A DNA stretch of 63,805 bases, the filler included, from Diploschistes diacapsis (Eukaryota), in assembly GCA_023645945.1 (NCBI GenBank). It is 22 parts of 22 records of this genome, joined end to end, with 100 filler letters (N's around TTAATTAATTAA, not from the genome) between each part and the next. Parts side by side here need not be neighbours in the genome. Positions count along the whole stretch, not along the records: positions 11,524 to 35,135 come from JALAIB010000259.1; positions 35,236 to 37,051 come from JALAIB010002590.1; positions 37,152 to 38,967 come from JALAIB010002591.1; 19 more parts are not named here. The stretch is one strand, 5' to 3'. The notes below the pieces were generated by a model. The model was not told where the DNA came from. It did no database searches and saw nothing but the letters and a program-made list of their open reading frames with translations. Numbering within the stretch: the first letter of the stretch is position 1; each line of letters starts with the position of its first letter. Shown one piece after another: positions 25,269 through 37,571 of this stretch. A program made the position numbers and the translations under genes.

Positions 25269-25859
25269 CTTGGGAGTGATATGTCAGTAGGGTATTTGAT
25301 GGCTGACCGGGGTTCGGGGATCTTGGGATCTTCTATGTAGTCCTGCAGCTTCCTTCGACTGCTTTATATACCAAGTCGATCACGCCTCGATCAGTCCTCA
25401 TGAATTGAAGCGAGGCCAAGGTGAGGGGAACGTGAGGCTCAAAGGAATACGCTCATTGTCACCAATATAGACTCAAAAAGTCGGAATAGCAAACGATGCA
25501 CGTATCACAATTATCGTAATCATCAGTTGCGCATAACCTGATTTAGATGTCCTTTTCGCTTTGCAAAAGGATTATGCATGGATACTGGCACTGCGGTTGT
25601 CTGTTTAGAGATTGAGGAAGCCAGTAATAGACCTGGTGCTACGCCATCGTTGAGCTATGGTTTATCCGGTGTTCGAGATACTAGAAAGCATATACGCATA
25701 TTTGGTAGACTATGTTCAAGGTCATTCTCATCTTGGGATGCACTTGTGGATCGTTTGATAGAGATGGTCGGATGTATCCCTTGGAGGCTGTGGTATAAAC
25801 TGGAGCCATCTAACAGAATCTACCGCTCACGTTTCGATAGTACAGCCTTGAGTAAGACC

Positions 25860-28153
25860 TTAGTATGGATGTGTCGTAGGACTAGAGGCCTTTGCGACCC
25901 CGAACCGCTGACTGATAACGATCCACTGCGCGACAATAAATGCAAAACGCATTGCAAGAAGCTCATGGTCGCCAAAAGCTCTTTCGACCAATGCCGATAC
26001 TTCTCGCCAGTCCAGAAATCCCAGTTGTTCCACATGTTCTTTTGTGATCAACCTTGAAAGTAGCTTATGTAGGGGACCATCCCGTGGATAAGCCACTGGA
26101 GCCGTGTACGCCTGTACAATTAGTGAGTGGTGGTTGCAACTGTCAGGAAGACTCACATGCTTGGTTCGAGTATACAGCTCTTCCGTGATGAATGGCTTCG
26201 CCGCTTCTCTGAGGATCCACTTTTCTGTCAGTTTACCCTCAGCCCAGCGGACCTTCACGCTCGGTGGTAAATCATTGATATACTCTGTAAGTTTGTGGTC
26301 CAGAAAAGGGGTCCTCGCTTCGATGCTGTGTGCCATCTCCGTGCGGTCCCCAAGGGAACTGAGAAGTATGTTGGCCAGATGGCCCTTGGTCCAGACATAC
26401 ATTGCACTGTTCAATGGATGCCACTTGGTAAGGATCTTGTCCCGCGTCCGCCCATCGATGTTGTTGGCAATTGTCGACTGTGTATCACATTTGCCATACC
26501 AATTGGTCCAGTCTGCAAATAGCGAGGAGGGGGAAAACGCGGTCATGGAAGAGATGGTCGTAATGTCATTAAGCATCCGTCGCGAAACGGAGGGTCCGCG
26601 GTTCGAACCATATGCGCCCATTGAATGATAGTCGTCTGCCGCATCTTGGTCTTTCTCAAGGCACATACGCTGTCTATCCTCGTCCGCCAACTGCTGATTC
26701 TCTGGCCAGCTGTAGTCTCTCTCACGAAGGTAGTCTGGAAAGTATAACGGGTAACCGGCAAAGTTTTCGTCTGCTCCTTCGCCAGTGAGGACGACCTTGA
26801 AACCAAGCTCACGTGGAAGTTCCGAGAGTGCATATTTGCCCACATAATTGAGGTCTGGAGTGTGGTGCTCGCAATGCCAGGTTGCATTCTCAAACCGCGC
26901 TGCAAGCTCAACTTCGCTCATGTGCTTTTTGTAATGTTTTACACCCAGAAAATCTGTTGTACGATTTGCAATGCCTTTATTTCTCAGCATTGTGCACAGC
27001 ACAAGGGACTGGGCCAACCTACTTGACTCATCAAAACCACTATCCTCATCAAAAGCGATGCTAAAGCAGCTGATCCGCTCCGTCTCCTTCTCATTCCCAA
27101 TGCGTTCACCTTCTTCTCGTACAAGGTGCGTCATCATACCTGCGAGTGACGAAGAGTCGATCCCGCCACTAAGATACACCCCAACCGGCACATCCGCGCG
27201 AAGTCTCAGGCGAACCGCCTCTAGCATACGGGACCGGACCCCTTGGACCATTTCTTCGATATTTCGACATTCTGGGATGTGCTTGGTATCATCAGCCTGG
27301 TAAATTGAAACGTGTCTCTCTAGCCTGTGGAAGTACCTTGTCCGGGTATTCAATGTCCCAGTATTGGTGGTGCTCAACATGTCCCGATTGGCAGGTTATA
27401 TAGTACCCTGGCCGCACCTGGAAGGTTTGAGCACAGCAGTGCCGGGTCTGGGCACCACACTAACCTTGTTGACGCCTTGGAATAGGGTTCGTTCGTCATG
27501 ATTCCACCCTCCGTCCTTCAGGCTTCTAATATCCCACTTCGGCTGCCAGCCCAAGGGAAGAAAGGCTTTGGCTTCGGCAGCAATGAGAAGGTTACGACCT
27601 TGGGAATTATCTTGCATCCTCCAAAATAAAGGTTTGATCCCATAGCGGTCCCTTGCCGCTACGAAAAGTTTTTCAGTTTCATCCCAGAGGCAAACTGCAA
27701 ATTCACCTCTCAAATGGGACAGAAAGCCTAGTCCATAGTATTGGTAGAGGGCAACGACAATCTCACAATCACAATGGCCTCTGAAGCTCCCCTTAAAGTC
27801 ATGCTTTGAGAGCAGATCTTCCCTGATCCGCTCATGGTCGTAGAGCTCTCCGTTGACGACTGCGTGGATGGTACCATCTGCGGAATGAAAAGGTTGGTGA
27901 CCAGCCGGACTCAGGTCATTGATAGATAGTCGGCAATGGCCAAGTGCTACTGAATGATCAACATTTCTCACTGATTATGATGGACTGAGGGTGAAGTACC
28001 CACGCGGTTATCCTGGCTTATCCATTGGCCGCGTGAGTCTGGGCCTCGATGGTCAATTAGATCAAGACTGGCGTTGAGATCCCGCTCGAGATCGTCCTGT
28101 GTAGATGAAGCGGGAGCATCGTCCAAAGCCACGAGGCAAGTTATGCCGCACAT
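25860..28153 (-). CDS. Asparagine synthetase B-like glutamine amidotransferase (fungal secondary-metabolism type, ChyE-like), multi-exon, apparently intact
   Basis: MCGI N-terminal nucleophile, HRGPD, GHCRLSINDL, VNGELYD, RDRYGIKPL, YLSGGIDSS, VVLTGEGADE, DRTEMAHSIEARTPFLD, EKWILREA; canonical GT-AG introns. Confidence 0.9.
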
Positions 28154-28525
28154 TTCACGGTCTCTGACAACAAGATTTCGAGATCGCCTCGTCTCCTCCA
28201 CATATTCGCTTTAGGATTTAACTATAGCCGTGTTGAGGGCTACATCAAGGTTTCGCGTTTGGGAGAATACAAATGACGTATTGCGTGTTGAAGGGCTTTG
28301 AAGCGGGGAGTTGCGCAACAACCAGACCCGTTCAAAGTACACATCTATCTAGACATAATAACAGGTAGGTGGATCGTTGGGGCATTCAACGCCTGTATTT
28401 TCAGCCCGACACCAATTTCCATCATAGAACAAACGACAACATGTCCACTCTAATCCGGACCTTGCTTTCAACGGCAGTGTAGCTACTTGTTGTTGGCTGC
28501 CGGGAGATACAGGTACTTTCGTGAT

Positions 28526-29562
28526 TTATTTGACTCCAGGAGTGTCTTCAATCCTAAAGACATACTTTAGACCACTATTCTTGCCGTTCTGAAGGTTCGT
28601 CAAGCCCTCCTGGACTCCTTCCAGGCCACCTTTGACAACCTCTGTAGGGTGGGGTTTCAGCCATCCTTCCTGCAATCCCTTTGCAAACAGTCTGAACCAT
28701 GCGTGACCAAAGTCGGTTTGCTTGAGATACGCATCACCCACACTTGTAGTACTCTTTTCGATGCTTGAAGGAATCTCGCTGTAATCTCTTCCCGGAAGGA
28801 CCAACGTAATCTTGCCCCCGTCCATGGCCTTACTCGCATTGACATACGAGCCCTTTTCCGAAACAGCATCAAATGTGTATTGTAGTTTCTGACCCTTCAG
28901 GGCATCTTTGATGTCCCTTACAACACTCTCGTCGCCCTTCCGATAATCAACGATACTATCCTCCTTTCCAAGAAGTGATTGAACGAAGGCTATACCGCGA
29001 CCTGCGATCGCAATGATTGGGCCTATATTGGCGCGTTTGGCAAGCTGGACAGCGAAAGCACCAACGGCACTTGCGGCGCCGTATAGGAGCACTGGTCCAG
29101 TCGGTTGCCCAGCCTTTCCGTCTTCCCTACCGAAAGTCCAGGGCTCCGGTAGACCGAGACGGACGAACAGGCCGACGGCTGCTGTCATCGCAGCCAGAGG
29201 GATGGTGCTTGCTTCCTCGTATGTTGTCTTGGCGGGAATGTGGAACGTGTTGCTTGCTGGAGCTAGTGCATACTCGGCGAATGAGCCATGCGGTTCCCGC
29301 ATTCTGTGGAAGGAGGCACACGGTCTCCAGGGTGGAATTCAGTTACATTCTTTCCCACAGTATGGACTGTGCCCGCAATGTCGTCTCCGCTGTTGTGATT
29401 CTGGTTCGTCCAAATTGGAAGCTTCCAATCCTTGGGGTTCGAACCAGATACGATGACCTTCACAACGACATCGTCAGGCCCGGGTGATGGGATTGGAGAG
29501 TCGATAATCTCAACAGAGACTCCGCTTTTGTCTTGGTTGGCTGACACGATAGCTTCCTTCAT
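28526..29562 (-). pseudogene. MDR-family trans-enoyl reductase-like oxidoreductase with a single 1-nt frameshift
   Basis: VSGSNPKDWK, NSGDDIAG, GSFAEYA, EEASTIPLAAMTA, YGAASAVG; CGT GTG CCT CCT at about 29317 needs one extra G to read RVASFHRM and join the two ORFs. Confidence 0.8.
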
Positions 29563-30091
29563 TTTTGATTTAGTTTCAAGATGTTATACTGGTAATTATA
29601 GGTTTGGGTGTTCTTGAGTTAACTGTCCTGCAGACTGCAGAGGAGACCTTCAAAGCATCTGGAATGACGCAACCTGCTTTGAAATCCTCTCACTATGGTG
29701 TTGGATCTACCATGAGGGGCAGTATCACCCACATAATTTCCCCTTTTCCATCACATCATTGTTGTCGAAGCGCCGGTAGATCGAGCTTTCTCCTGCTCCA
29801 TTTTGAGAAGTCGAACAGTATGCCGTGACCGTGTAAGTAAGTGCACAAGCCAATCGTTTCGAGGGCGTGAGCAGGTTCCGCTATGGCCACTCAACATGCC
29901 GAAACAAATGCGCTCCGTTTGATACTTATTTGGATCACCACGACCTGGATGGTAAGAAAGTACCATGTTCTAAAAGAATATGCCTTCACACGCCGAGAAC
30001 AGAGCTTCAGGCACTTATGTGGCGCTCGTTCATACAACACACATGAGTAGCAGCAGTTGTCCATTATTGCAGGGTATGCAATAAGCCTCGG

Positions 30092-31288
30092 TCAATCATC
30101 AGACATGTATTCGTCGTGGAATGTAACCGACTTTTTACCTTCCACAACGTCGCCGGCCCATGGCTTGCATTTCTTGATAATCTCACCGCACCTCAAGCAC
30201 AAGAAGCCTTCTCCATCTATCAGGCGCGTCGCCAGGCAGACGTAGCAGTATACGCATCCACACGATCCTTCGTAAGGGTTGGTGATATCTGTTTGTGCAG
30301 ATCCAACAATCCCACCACCCACCATAAGAACTTCCTCTGTTGAAGTGGGATTTTGTTCCTGATAGCATATCGCGCAAGTCCTCTCGGGTAAGAATGAAAG
30401 CTCCCCACCTTCATCTTCGCCCTTTGTAAGAGTTCTGGCTTTGCGCCAAGCCTTGTTGGCCCAGCGTCGCCAGCGGCTGACACCAAGCAAGGGCAAAAGA
30501 AATAGGAGAAACTCCGTGAATGCATGCCAGACCAGCTGTCGGTTGAGGTATTCGAAGCTAACCTCACGATTAATCTGGTTGGATGGCGCAACGAGCCGCA
30601 ACCGTAACACCCGGTCCAGCAGAGTTCGGTAGTGCCCGTTAACCAAAAAGATAAGGAATGAAACAAAAGACGCAATGTCATGCGTTGTAGAAGCGAAGGT
30701 TGTAAGCCTCGTCAGAACGTTGCTTCGATCCATCAGATGTTCTTCCCATCTGACCCATCCATACCGACCACATACGGTGAGCAGCCCATAAAGAGCTTTT
30801 TGCCATCTCGAAGGTAGGGTACCGCTGGTATCTCTGTATTCCAAGCCTTGCAGAGCTGCACCGTACGAAGCATTATTGTCCCATATTGAAAGTTTGAAGA
30901 GAATTGCTCGAAGTAGAAGAGTTATTTCAGAGGACCAGTCTTGCACTAGGTGCGACTGAGAAATGTTAGTACGAGAATGTTTGAGCCAGCAAGGACCAAC
31001 CCCGAAAAATTTGAGACCATCCTGAACTTGGCCCTTCAAGAGCTCAAGCAACTCCTCGTCAAGCAACTCGGAGTCCAGTTGCCCAACACGAAAAGCAGGT
31101 CCTGTGCCCTCTCGACCTTTGATGCTATCCCACACTCGAGCCAACCTAGCTCGTCCAGGGAAAGCGAACTGGGGGGACGCCGAAAGTTGTTTATGCCTCA
31201 ATGAACCGGCAGCTTGCGCTTGCTCTAATCTTCTTTGTTGTCGGGCTATGACCCGCTGTTGCGCGTCTGCAAAGTCATCTGAGGTCAT
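30092..31288 (-). CDS. PEX2: Peroxin-2 (peroxisomal RING E3 ligase subunit); in-frame 45-nt intron 31000-30956
   Basis: FRVGQLDSELLDEEL, ASYGAALQGL, G.YRTLLDR.L, REVSFEYLNRQLVWHAFTEFLLF, LPERTCAIC...ITNPY...CGCVYCYVC...CLRC. Confidence 0.95.
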   Translation of the reverse strand: MTSDDFADAQQRVIARQQRRLEQAQAAGSLRHKQLSASPQFAFPGRARLARVWDSIKGREGTGPAFRVGQLDSELLDEELLELLKGQVQDGLKFFGVGPCWLKHSRTNISQSHLVQDWSSEITLLLRAILFKLSIWDNNASYGAALQGLEYRDTSGTLPSRWQKALYGLLTVCGRYGWVRWEEHLMDRSNVLTRLTTFASTTHDIASFVSFLIFLVNGHYRTLLDRVLRLRLVAPSNQINREVSFEYLNRQLVWHAFTEFLLFLLPLLGVSRWRRWANKAWRKARTLTKGEDEGGELSFLPERTCAICYQEQNPTSTEEVLMVGGGIVGSAQTDITNPYEGSCGCVYCYVCLATRLIDGEGFLCLRCGEIIKKCKPWAGDVVEGKKSVTFHDEYMSDD

Positions 31289-31760
31289 GATCCACGAGGA
31301 TAGCCACACTCAAGCATTCAAGAGCTGAATTGTAGGCATAATAATATCGGCATAGAAAAGAAAAGAAGCTTGAATGCTGTAAACGTTGTATTTGCCGAGG
31401 TACTCGGTGTAGCCAATCGGAGGTTTCACGATCCGGCTCACAACATCTGAACTTCGCTCTATATTCATTTGTAAACGGAAGTTCCTCTGCTTCGGTGTAC
31501 AGACACCACAAGCTACGGATTCATCTCTTAACTTAAGCGACAAGGTTCACAACCTCGAGAGCTTTTGAACTGTCTGTTTCTCTGGTTTCTGCAGTGATAC
31601 AATCTGGGCAAGATCTTTTAGACTGGCGATGAATTGGAAAGTCCCGCCGGATGTAATTGCTACAAATTTCTGATGTGATGACCTTTTCCCAACATCCCCT
31701 CCTTGAGATCTTTTTTTCATATTTTACTATTGACTTCTGCGCTTCATCTTGACTATCACA

Positions 31761-34700
31761 ATGTCTCTTACTCACGAGATAGAGCTAGGAACAACGTCCC
31801 TAACTCTTGAAAGCCTTTCCAGTGTATTGAGACGGGCAGCATCAACGGATCAGCAGCAAATTCAGGCAGGGACAAAACAGCTTTCAGATTGGGAAAGGCA
31901 ACCTGGATATTATAGCTCACTTCAATCGATCTTCATCGACCATTCTCGTTTGCTTGAGGTTCGATATCTAGCCGCTATCCAAATCAAGAATGGGATCGAC
32001 AAATACTGGCGAAAAACCGCGGCGAACGCCATAGGTAAGGAAGAAAAGGCCTTGATAAGGTCAAGGTGCTTAAAAGCTGGCATCAACGAAGCAGACCACA
32101 GGTTGGCCCTTCAGAATGCCGTATTCGTGGCCAAAATCGTAAGGTACGAGTTCCCTTCCGATTGGCCGGATGCTATTTCTTCAATCATCAACCATCTTCG
32201 TGTCACAGCCCGCGAAGACGCGGGGAGCGTACACCTTTCACGCGCTCTGCTCATTGTTCTCTATATTGTCAAAGAGCTATCTACCGCGCGACTACAAAGG
32301 TCGAGGGTAGCTTTGCAGAAAGCTGCTCCAGATATGCTGCAAGTCTTGGGGGCGTTGTATATTAGCAAGGTAAACAGCTGGACAGGGCTCGTTAAGAATG
32401 GAGGCGATATCGAAAGTGGAGCTATCAACGATATCGATCTTAGTCTGCTGACATTGAGGATACTCCGAAGACTTCTAATTTCAGGGTTTGAGCATCCAAA
32501 TAGACATTCAGACATTCAAGAGCTTTGGACAATACTCAGAGACAACTTCGGTACAATACTGGCACTTGCCGGACAGCATGGTCACCGCTTGTCCGCTCGT
32601 ATACCCATAGAGAAGCATCTCATTCAGATGTCGAAGTTGCACTTGGAAATGGTCAGAGCTCACCCTGCAGCCTTCCCTCAACTTCCAGACTCTATTGAGA
32701 TAGCGAAGGCCTATTGGGGTTTGCTTGTGGAGTTTGGTCAGACTTTTGGTGCACAGTCAACGACGGCACCTATAGGAACAGACGGTGACGCTGGAGATGA
32801 TATTCCCTGCATCGAGAAATTGAGCTTGAAGGGGCTCCTAATACTTCGTGCGTGCGTCAAGATGGTTTACAACCCAATGCAAACATTTAAGTTTCAGCAT
32901 GCCGAGGACAAGGCAGAGCAAAAGGAGTCCAAAGAATCTATGAAGACGAAGATGCTCTCTGAGAGCATGATCCGTGAGATGATGGAAATGCTCGTCACCA
33001 TGTTCTTTGTATTCCGCCCCAAAGATTTGAAAGAGTGGGAAGAAGAGCCTTCGGAGTGGGAAAGGCGCGAAGAAGGGGAAGGAGAGGCTTGGGAGTTTTC
33101 GATCAGAATCTGCGCTGAGAAATTATTCCTAGATCTAGTCATAAACAACAAAGATCTTCTTATTCAGCCACTGCTTCAAGTCTTCTACAATGTTGCCAGT
33201 ATGTCTCAGTCAAGATTGATATCTGACCGTGCTGACCCATACGAGATCCTCAGAACGGCGACGTGCTTCTAAAGGATTCAATCTATGGCGCCATTGGTCT
33301 TGCTGCGCCGGTACTGGACCAACAGCTCGACTTTGACCCGTTCCTTAGCTCTACCCTCGTTACGGAGGTTCAGATCTCTCAGCCAGGTTACAGTATCCTG
33401 CGTCGGCGCATAGCGATCATGCTAGGACAGTGGACGCTGGTGAAGAACATCAACCGGTCGTTAGTCTACCAAATCTTCCAACATATCTTGAACAGAGATG
33501 ACAAGATCAACGACCTGGTGGTCAGAGTGACAGCAGGGAGACAGTTGAAGAATGTCATCGACAACTGGGATGTCCAGATCGAACAATTCCTTCCACACGC
33601 TGCGGGCATCCTCGGCCAGCTCATACCCTTGATCGAAGAGGTCGATCTTCCGGAAACCAAGCTGGCGCTCCTCACCACTTTGAATTCCATGATCGTGAGG
33701 ATGGAACATCATGTCACGCCGTACGCGGATGGCATTATCTCGCTGCTGCCTCCTCTCTGGGACAAGGCCGGTGACGAATATCTCATGAAGCAAGCCATAC
33801 TCGGGATCCTCTCCGGCTTGGTGTCTTCCATGAGGGCAGACTCTCAGCGCTTCCATGCCATTATTCTTCCTCTGATAGAAAGCTCCATTCGGCCGGATTC
33901 CGAGACTCGTCAATACCTCCTGGAAGACGCTCTGGATCTTTGGAGCTCGATTGTTGCGCAAAGTACGCAAGTCAGCCCCGAGCTACTCAGCCTCGCTCAG
34001 TATCTCTTCGCGCTCTACGAACTCGCGTCCGACTCGCTACGGAAGGCTTTGGAAATCACCGAGCAGTACATCCTGCTGGCGCCTCAAGCAATGCTGGAGC
34101 AGACGGTCAAGTTCACCGCAGCCTTCGCGGATCTGGTATCTTTCACGCATAAAGGTGACACCAATGGCGTCGCGATGCACCTTGTCGAAACCCTCGTGCA
34201 ATTAGCATACAACCTCGGCGGTGCCTCCGCAGTCGAGCGGGTAGCAGAGCTCGCAGACGAAAGCAACTTCCTCCCCCAAGTCTTCCTCGGCCTGAGATCG
34301 GCACACGACTCCCACCAAACCACCGGGCCCAACAGGATCCACACCGAGGTCGACGGCATCGTCGAAACGGACTACTGGTCCGTCCTGGCGCGGATCCTGT
34401 ACGCCAGCCCGCCCGGCTTCGCCAGCACCGTGTCCGCCTCGACCGAGCAGCCCTTCGACCAAGCAATCGGGTGGATCCTCACCGAGTGGTTCTCGCACTG
34501 CGAGAACATTGGCGGCACGGACAGGAAGAAGCTCATGTGTCTGGCGCTGACAAAACTCCTGGAGCTGGGCCCGCAGGACTTGATTCTCGGGCGGCTGCAG
34601 GACTTCATGAGCTTGTGGTCGGATACCGTCGCCGAGTGCATGGAATACAGGGAAGGGGAAGGGTCGGAGGGCAGAGACTGTCTGGTCTACGGAGATCCGG

Positions 34701-34977
34701 ACGCGCTGAAGCCCGAAGACGGGATGGAGGTGCCGGAAGAGGAGAGGAAACGGAATGTGAGCCTTCCTGCCCCATTGTGGAATGGTAAATTAATTGCTAA
34801 CCGAAGTAGCTCCTCTTTTCGGACCCGGTGCACAAGGTCAACATCAAACACTACATTCGCGACCACCTACAAAGGATCGTTGTCGCCTGTGGGGGCGAAG
34901 GGGCTTTCCAACAAGAATGGCTGGCCAATGTGGATCAAGATGTCGTGGAGGGTTTCGGAAGCTTGGGAATCGTGTGA
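31761..34977 (+). CDS. KAP120: Importin-11-like karyopherin beta; exons 31761-33198, about 33246-34756, 34810-34977
   Basis: IBN_N region QL..WE..PGYYS.LQ, IKNGIDKYWRK, KIVRYEFP.DWP, DL.EWEEEP.EW, ILRRRIAI.LGQW, DLVVR.TA, C-terminal DPVH; GT-AG introns with CTGAC/CTAAC branch sites. Confidence 0.9.
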
Positions 34978-35235
34978 TCCAGTTGATGCCCAGGAATCTG
35001 AAAGGCAACAATGTACTCGTAGAGTAAGCTAACTAGCCTGATCGTAATTGCAGATAAACAAGCTCTGATAATATTTGAAAGATAAGCACAGATTATCCAG
35101 GCCTCCGAATACTCGGTAGGGCACGCACCAGATACNNNNNNNNNNNNNNNNNNNNNNNNNNNNNNNNNNNNNNNNNNNNTTAATTAATTAANNNNNNNNN
35201 NNNNNNNNNNNNNNNNNNNNNNNNNNNNNNNNNNN

Positions 35236-37049
35236 TTTTAGAATATTAGAAAATCATGATAGAAGCGTTCGGTACGAAGCTAAAGCATTTAAACGCTTAT
35301 TATCCATAAATAAATAGTTAAATAGAAAGAATGAATTAAATTTTCAAATAGTATTTACGGCATTACGTTAACTAGAATATAAATAATTAGGTTAAACTAT
35401 TACCGAACGTCGAATACTATCTTAACAATAAATACAAAAAAATTAAAAAAATTCAGAATATATAATCACCCAATAATGAAATATTAAATAATATTAAGAA
35501 ACTTATAGTCTCAAGAAAGAATCCTTAATTGAAAAAGGAGGATAAGGTTTATCTATATATAGATAATCTTAGAACACGTAAATCTTTTAAGAAACTAAAT
35601 CACGTCAAAATTAGACCCTTCCTTATCGATAAACAACCCGTTATATTAGACGAAACTAAACGAGTTAGTTATCGATTTAAATTATTAAAGGACGCGAAGG
35701 TTTACTTAGTGTTTCATTTTAGGTACCTTGAACTAACATATCCAGATACGCCGTTATAAGAAACCTTTCATTTCGAACTAAATAACGAGAACGAATACGA
35801 AATCGAAATAGTAATGCATTATAAGGATGATAGGTACCTAATTAAATAGAAAGGCTATCTAGAGTCGGAGATAATATAAAAACCCAAGAAAAACCTAAAA
35901 CATTATAAAGTAAAATTAACGAAATTTTACGATATTAATGGACCCACCATTAAGAATAATTGGGATTGGGGATAGAAAGTTTACGGAACATACGCACATT
36001 TAATATAAAAATTAACCTATCGGGACAAGAGCCTCGTCCTTAGTTCCCAGTTTATTTATAAAGGCGATATGGTCGCTAACTTCTTTAGGGACTCGTTTAA
36101 GAGACGCCTAATTTCGACGTCGTGCTGTTTTCTTTTCGAAAGCTTATTACGGGCCTCTCGCTTATCGTTTTCCCGTTAGATTTCTTTAAATATATATACA
36201 ATCTTTTTTTCTACCCGACGTTTAACTTGTTTTAAGGTCCGGCGCAGACGAGTAACCCTCGCGGAAGCACGTTTTAGATCATCTTGCGTTTCTTTTAATT
36301 CCCTTTCGGTTTTACTCTATACCCGCTCGAGGGAGTTCTAGGAAACGTCGATATATTTCTTTCAATTTCGCGCATATTTTGCGTATTTAACAGATCTTAG
36401 AGGCATTCTTTAACACTGACGACCGTTTTAAAAATAGTAATAACAAAAGAAGTCACTAAGAAGGCCGTTGCGATAGATTTGGTCGGTAAGGCGATGGTTG
36501 CGAAGAATTAAAGAAGACATCGTTGTTTCACGACTTATGATTCTCTTTTGTTTAGTACTTATGTTAGACTTTTCGGCGAATTATCGGGCCGATGATGCTG
36601 AAGGAAAGGGATAGTATTACGATCTAAGTATTAGACTTGTTACGTTCCATTTATTCCTTATATATAGACCAATCAGCGTGGTATAGATTACGTGAGCGCT
36701 AGAAGCGACGATAATTATCGCTATTGCTTACGCGGGCGATCGTTCTAATTATTATTAGCGTTAACGCTCGTTACGTTTATCGAGATCGCGAGCATTTTAA
36801 TTTATATATAAAAACGTCGTTATAATTGTTTTAAATTTTGGTATATTTATTTTTATAAATATTCTTAATTATTATTCGAGATCAATTTATACTCGTTATT
36901 TTTATTATTAAAAAGCTTTTTTTTTAAAGATAGTTTAAGATCTATAATTGTTTTATCTTCTTCCCTTATTTGCACTCCTCTTCTAACAGAGACCAAACCC
37001 ACCTTAATCAATACCTGGTGTCTACATTATAGAGATAGAGATCATAACA
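35236..37049 (+). mobile_element. Chromoviral Ty3/Gypsy 3' part: integrase + chromodomain, antisense ORF, PPT, 3' LTR (36615-37049)
   Basis: KKLNHVKIRPF (GPF module), VFHFRYLE, EYEIE...YLIK*KGY.ESE chromodomain; GAAGGAAAGGGATAG PPT; LTR ends GATCATAACA. Confidence 0.9.
36017..36520 (-). pseudogene. RIP-degraded antisense ORF of the Gypsy element, Zn(II)2Cys6-like motif + coiled coil
   Basis: ATG at 36520; treating TAT/TAC as RIP-mutated TGT/TGC gives C-x2-C-x6-C-x9-C-x2-C-x6-C; homologous frames start at about 46409 and 61760. Confidence 0.65.
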
Positions 37050-37151
37050 CGNNNNNNNNNNNNNNNNNNNNNNNNNNNNNNNNNNNNNNNNNNNNTTAAT
37101 TAATTAANNNNNNNNNNNNNNNNNNNNNNNNNNNNNNNNNNNNNNNNNNNN

Positions 37152-37571
37152 GCCTATTATTATATACGGGATTTAGTTAAACGAGGCCGTATTAATGTTG
37201 TTTATATACTTATAGATAAAATAATTGCCGACGGATTAACGAAATTATTAAATTATATTAAACACGACATATTCGTTAAAAGATTTAGATTAATACAGAA
37301 AGTATCTAGCTAAATTAAGTAAATATACCGATAATTCCGCTCGTAGGGGAGTATTAAGCAGGTAAACAGAATATATGGCTGGGAAGTTTAGCTGAACCTC
37401 AGGTTCAGATTCAGTTCAGCTGAACCTATTGAGGTTCCTGCTAATCCTAATCGGGAGTAGTGCAAGTCTATAGGGCTTAATGGATCTTATTGGTATAAGA
37501 GCTTGCATGCAGACTATTCCTTCTAGTTAGATCTCTAGATATCTAGACTTCAATACATGCGTTGCTCAAAA
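37152..37571 (+). mobile_element. Copia RNase H end, PPT and 3' LTR (family E, from 37352)
   Basis: YYYIRDLVKRGRI...KIIADGLTKLL, GTAGGGGAG tract, LTR similar to 41773-42052. Confidence 0.8.

Noticed and set aside
25860..28153. Primary asparagine synthetase (ASN1/ASN2) or bacterial lasso cyclase
   Set aside because: Has spliceosomal introns, and its motifs (RLSINDL, DRTEMAHSIEAR) fit the accessory fungal amidotransferase type; no gene symbol assigned
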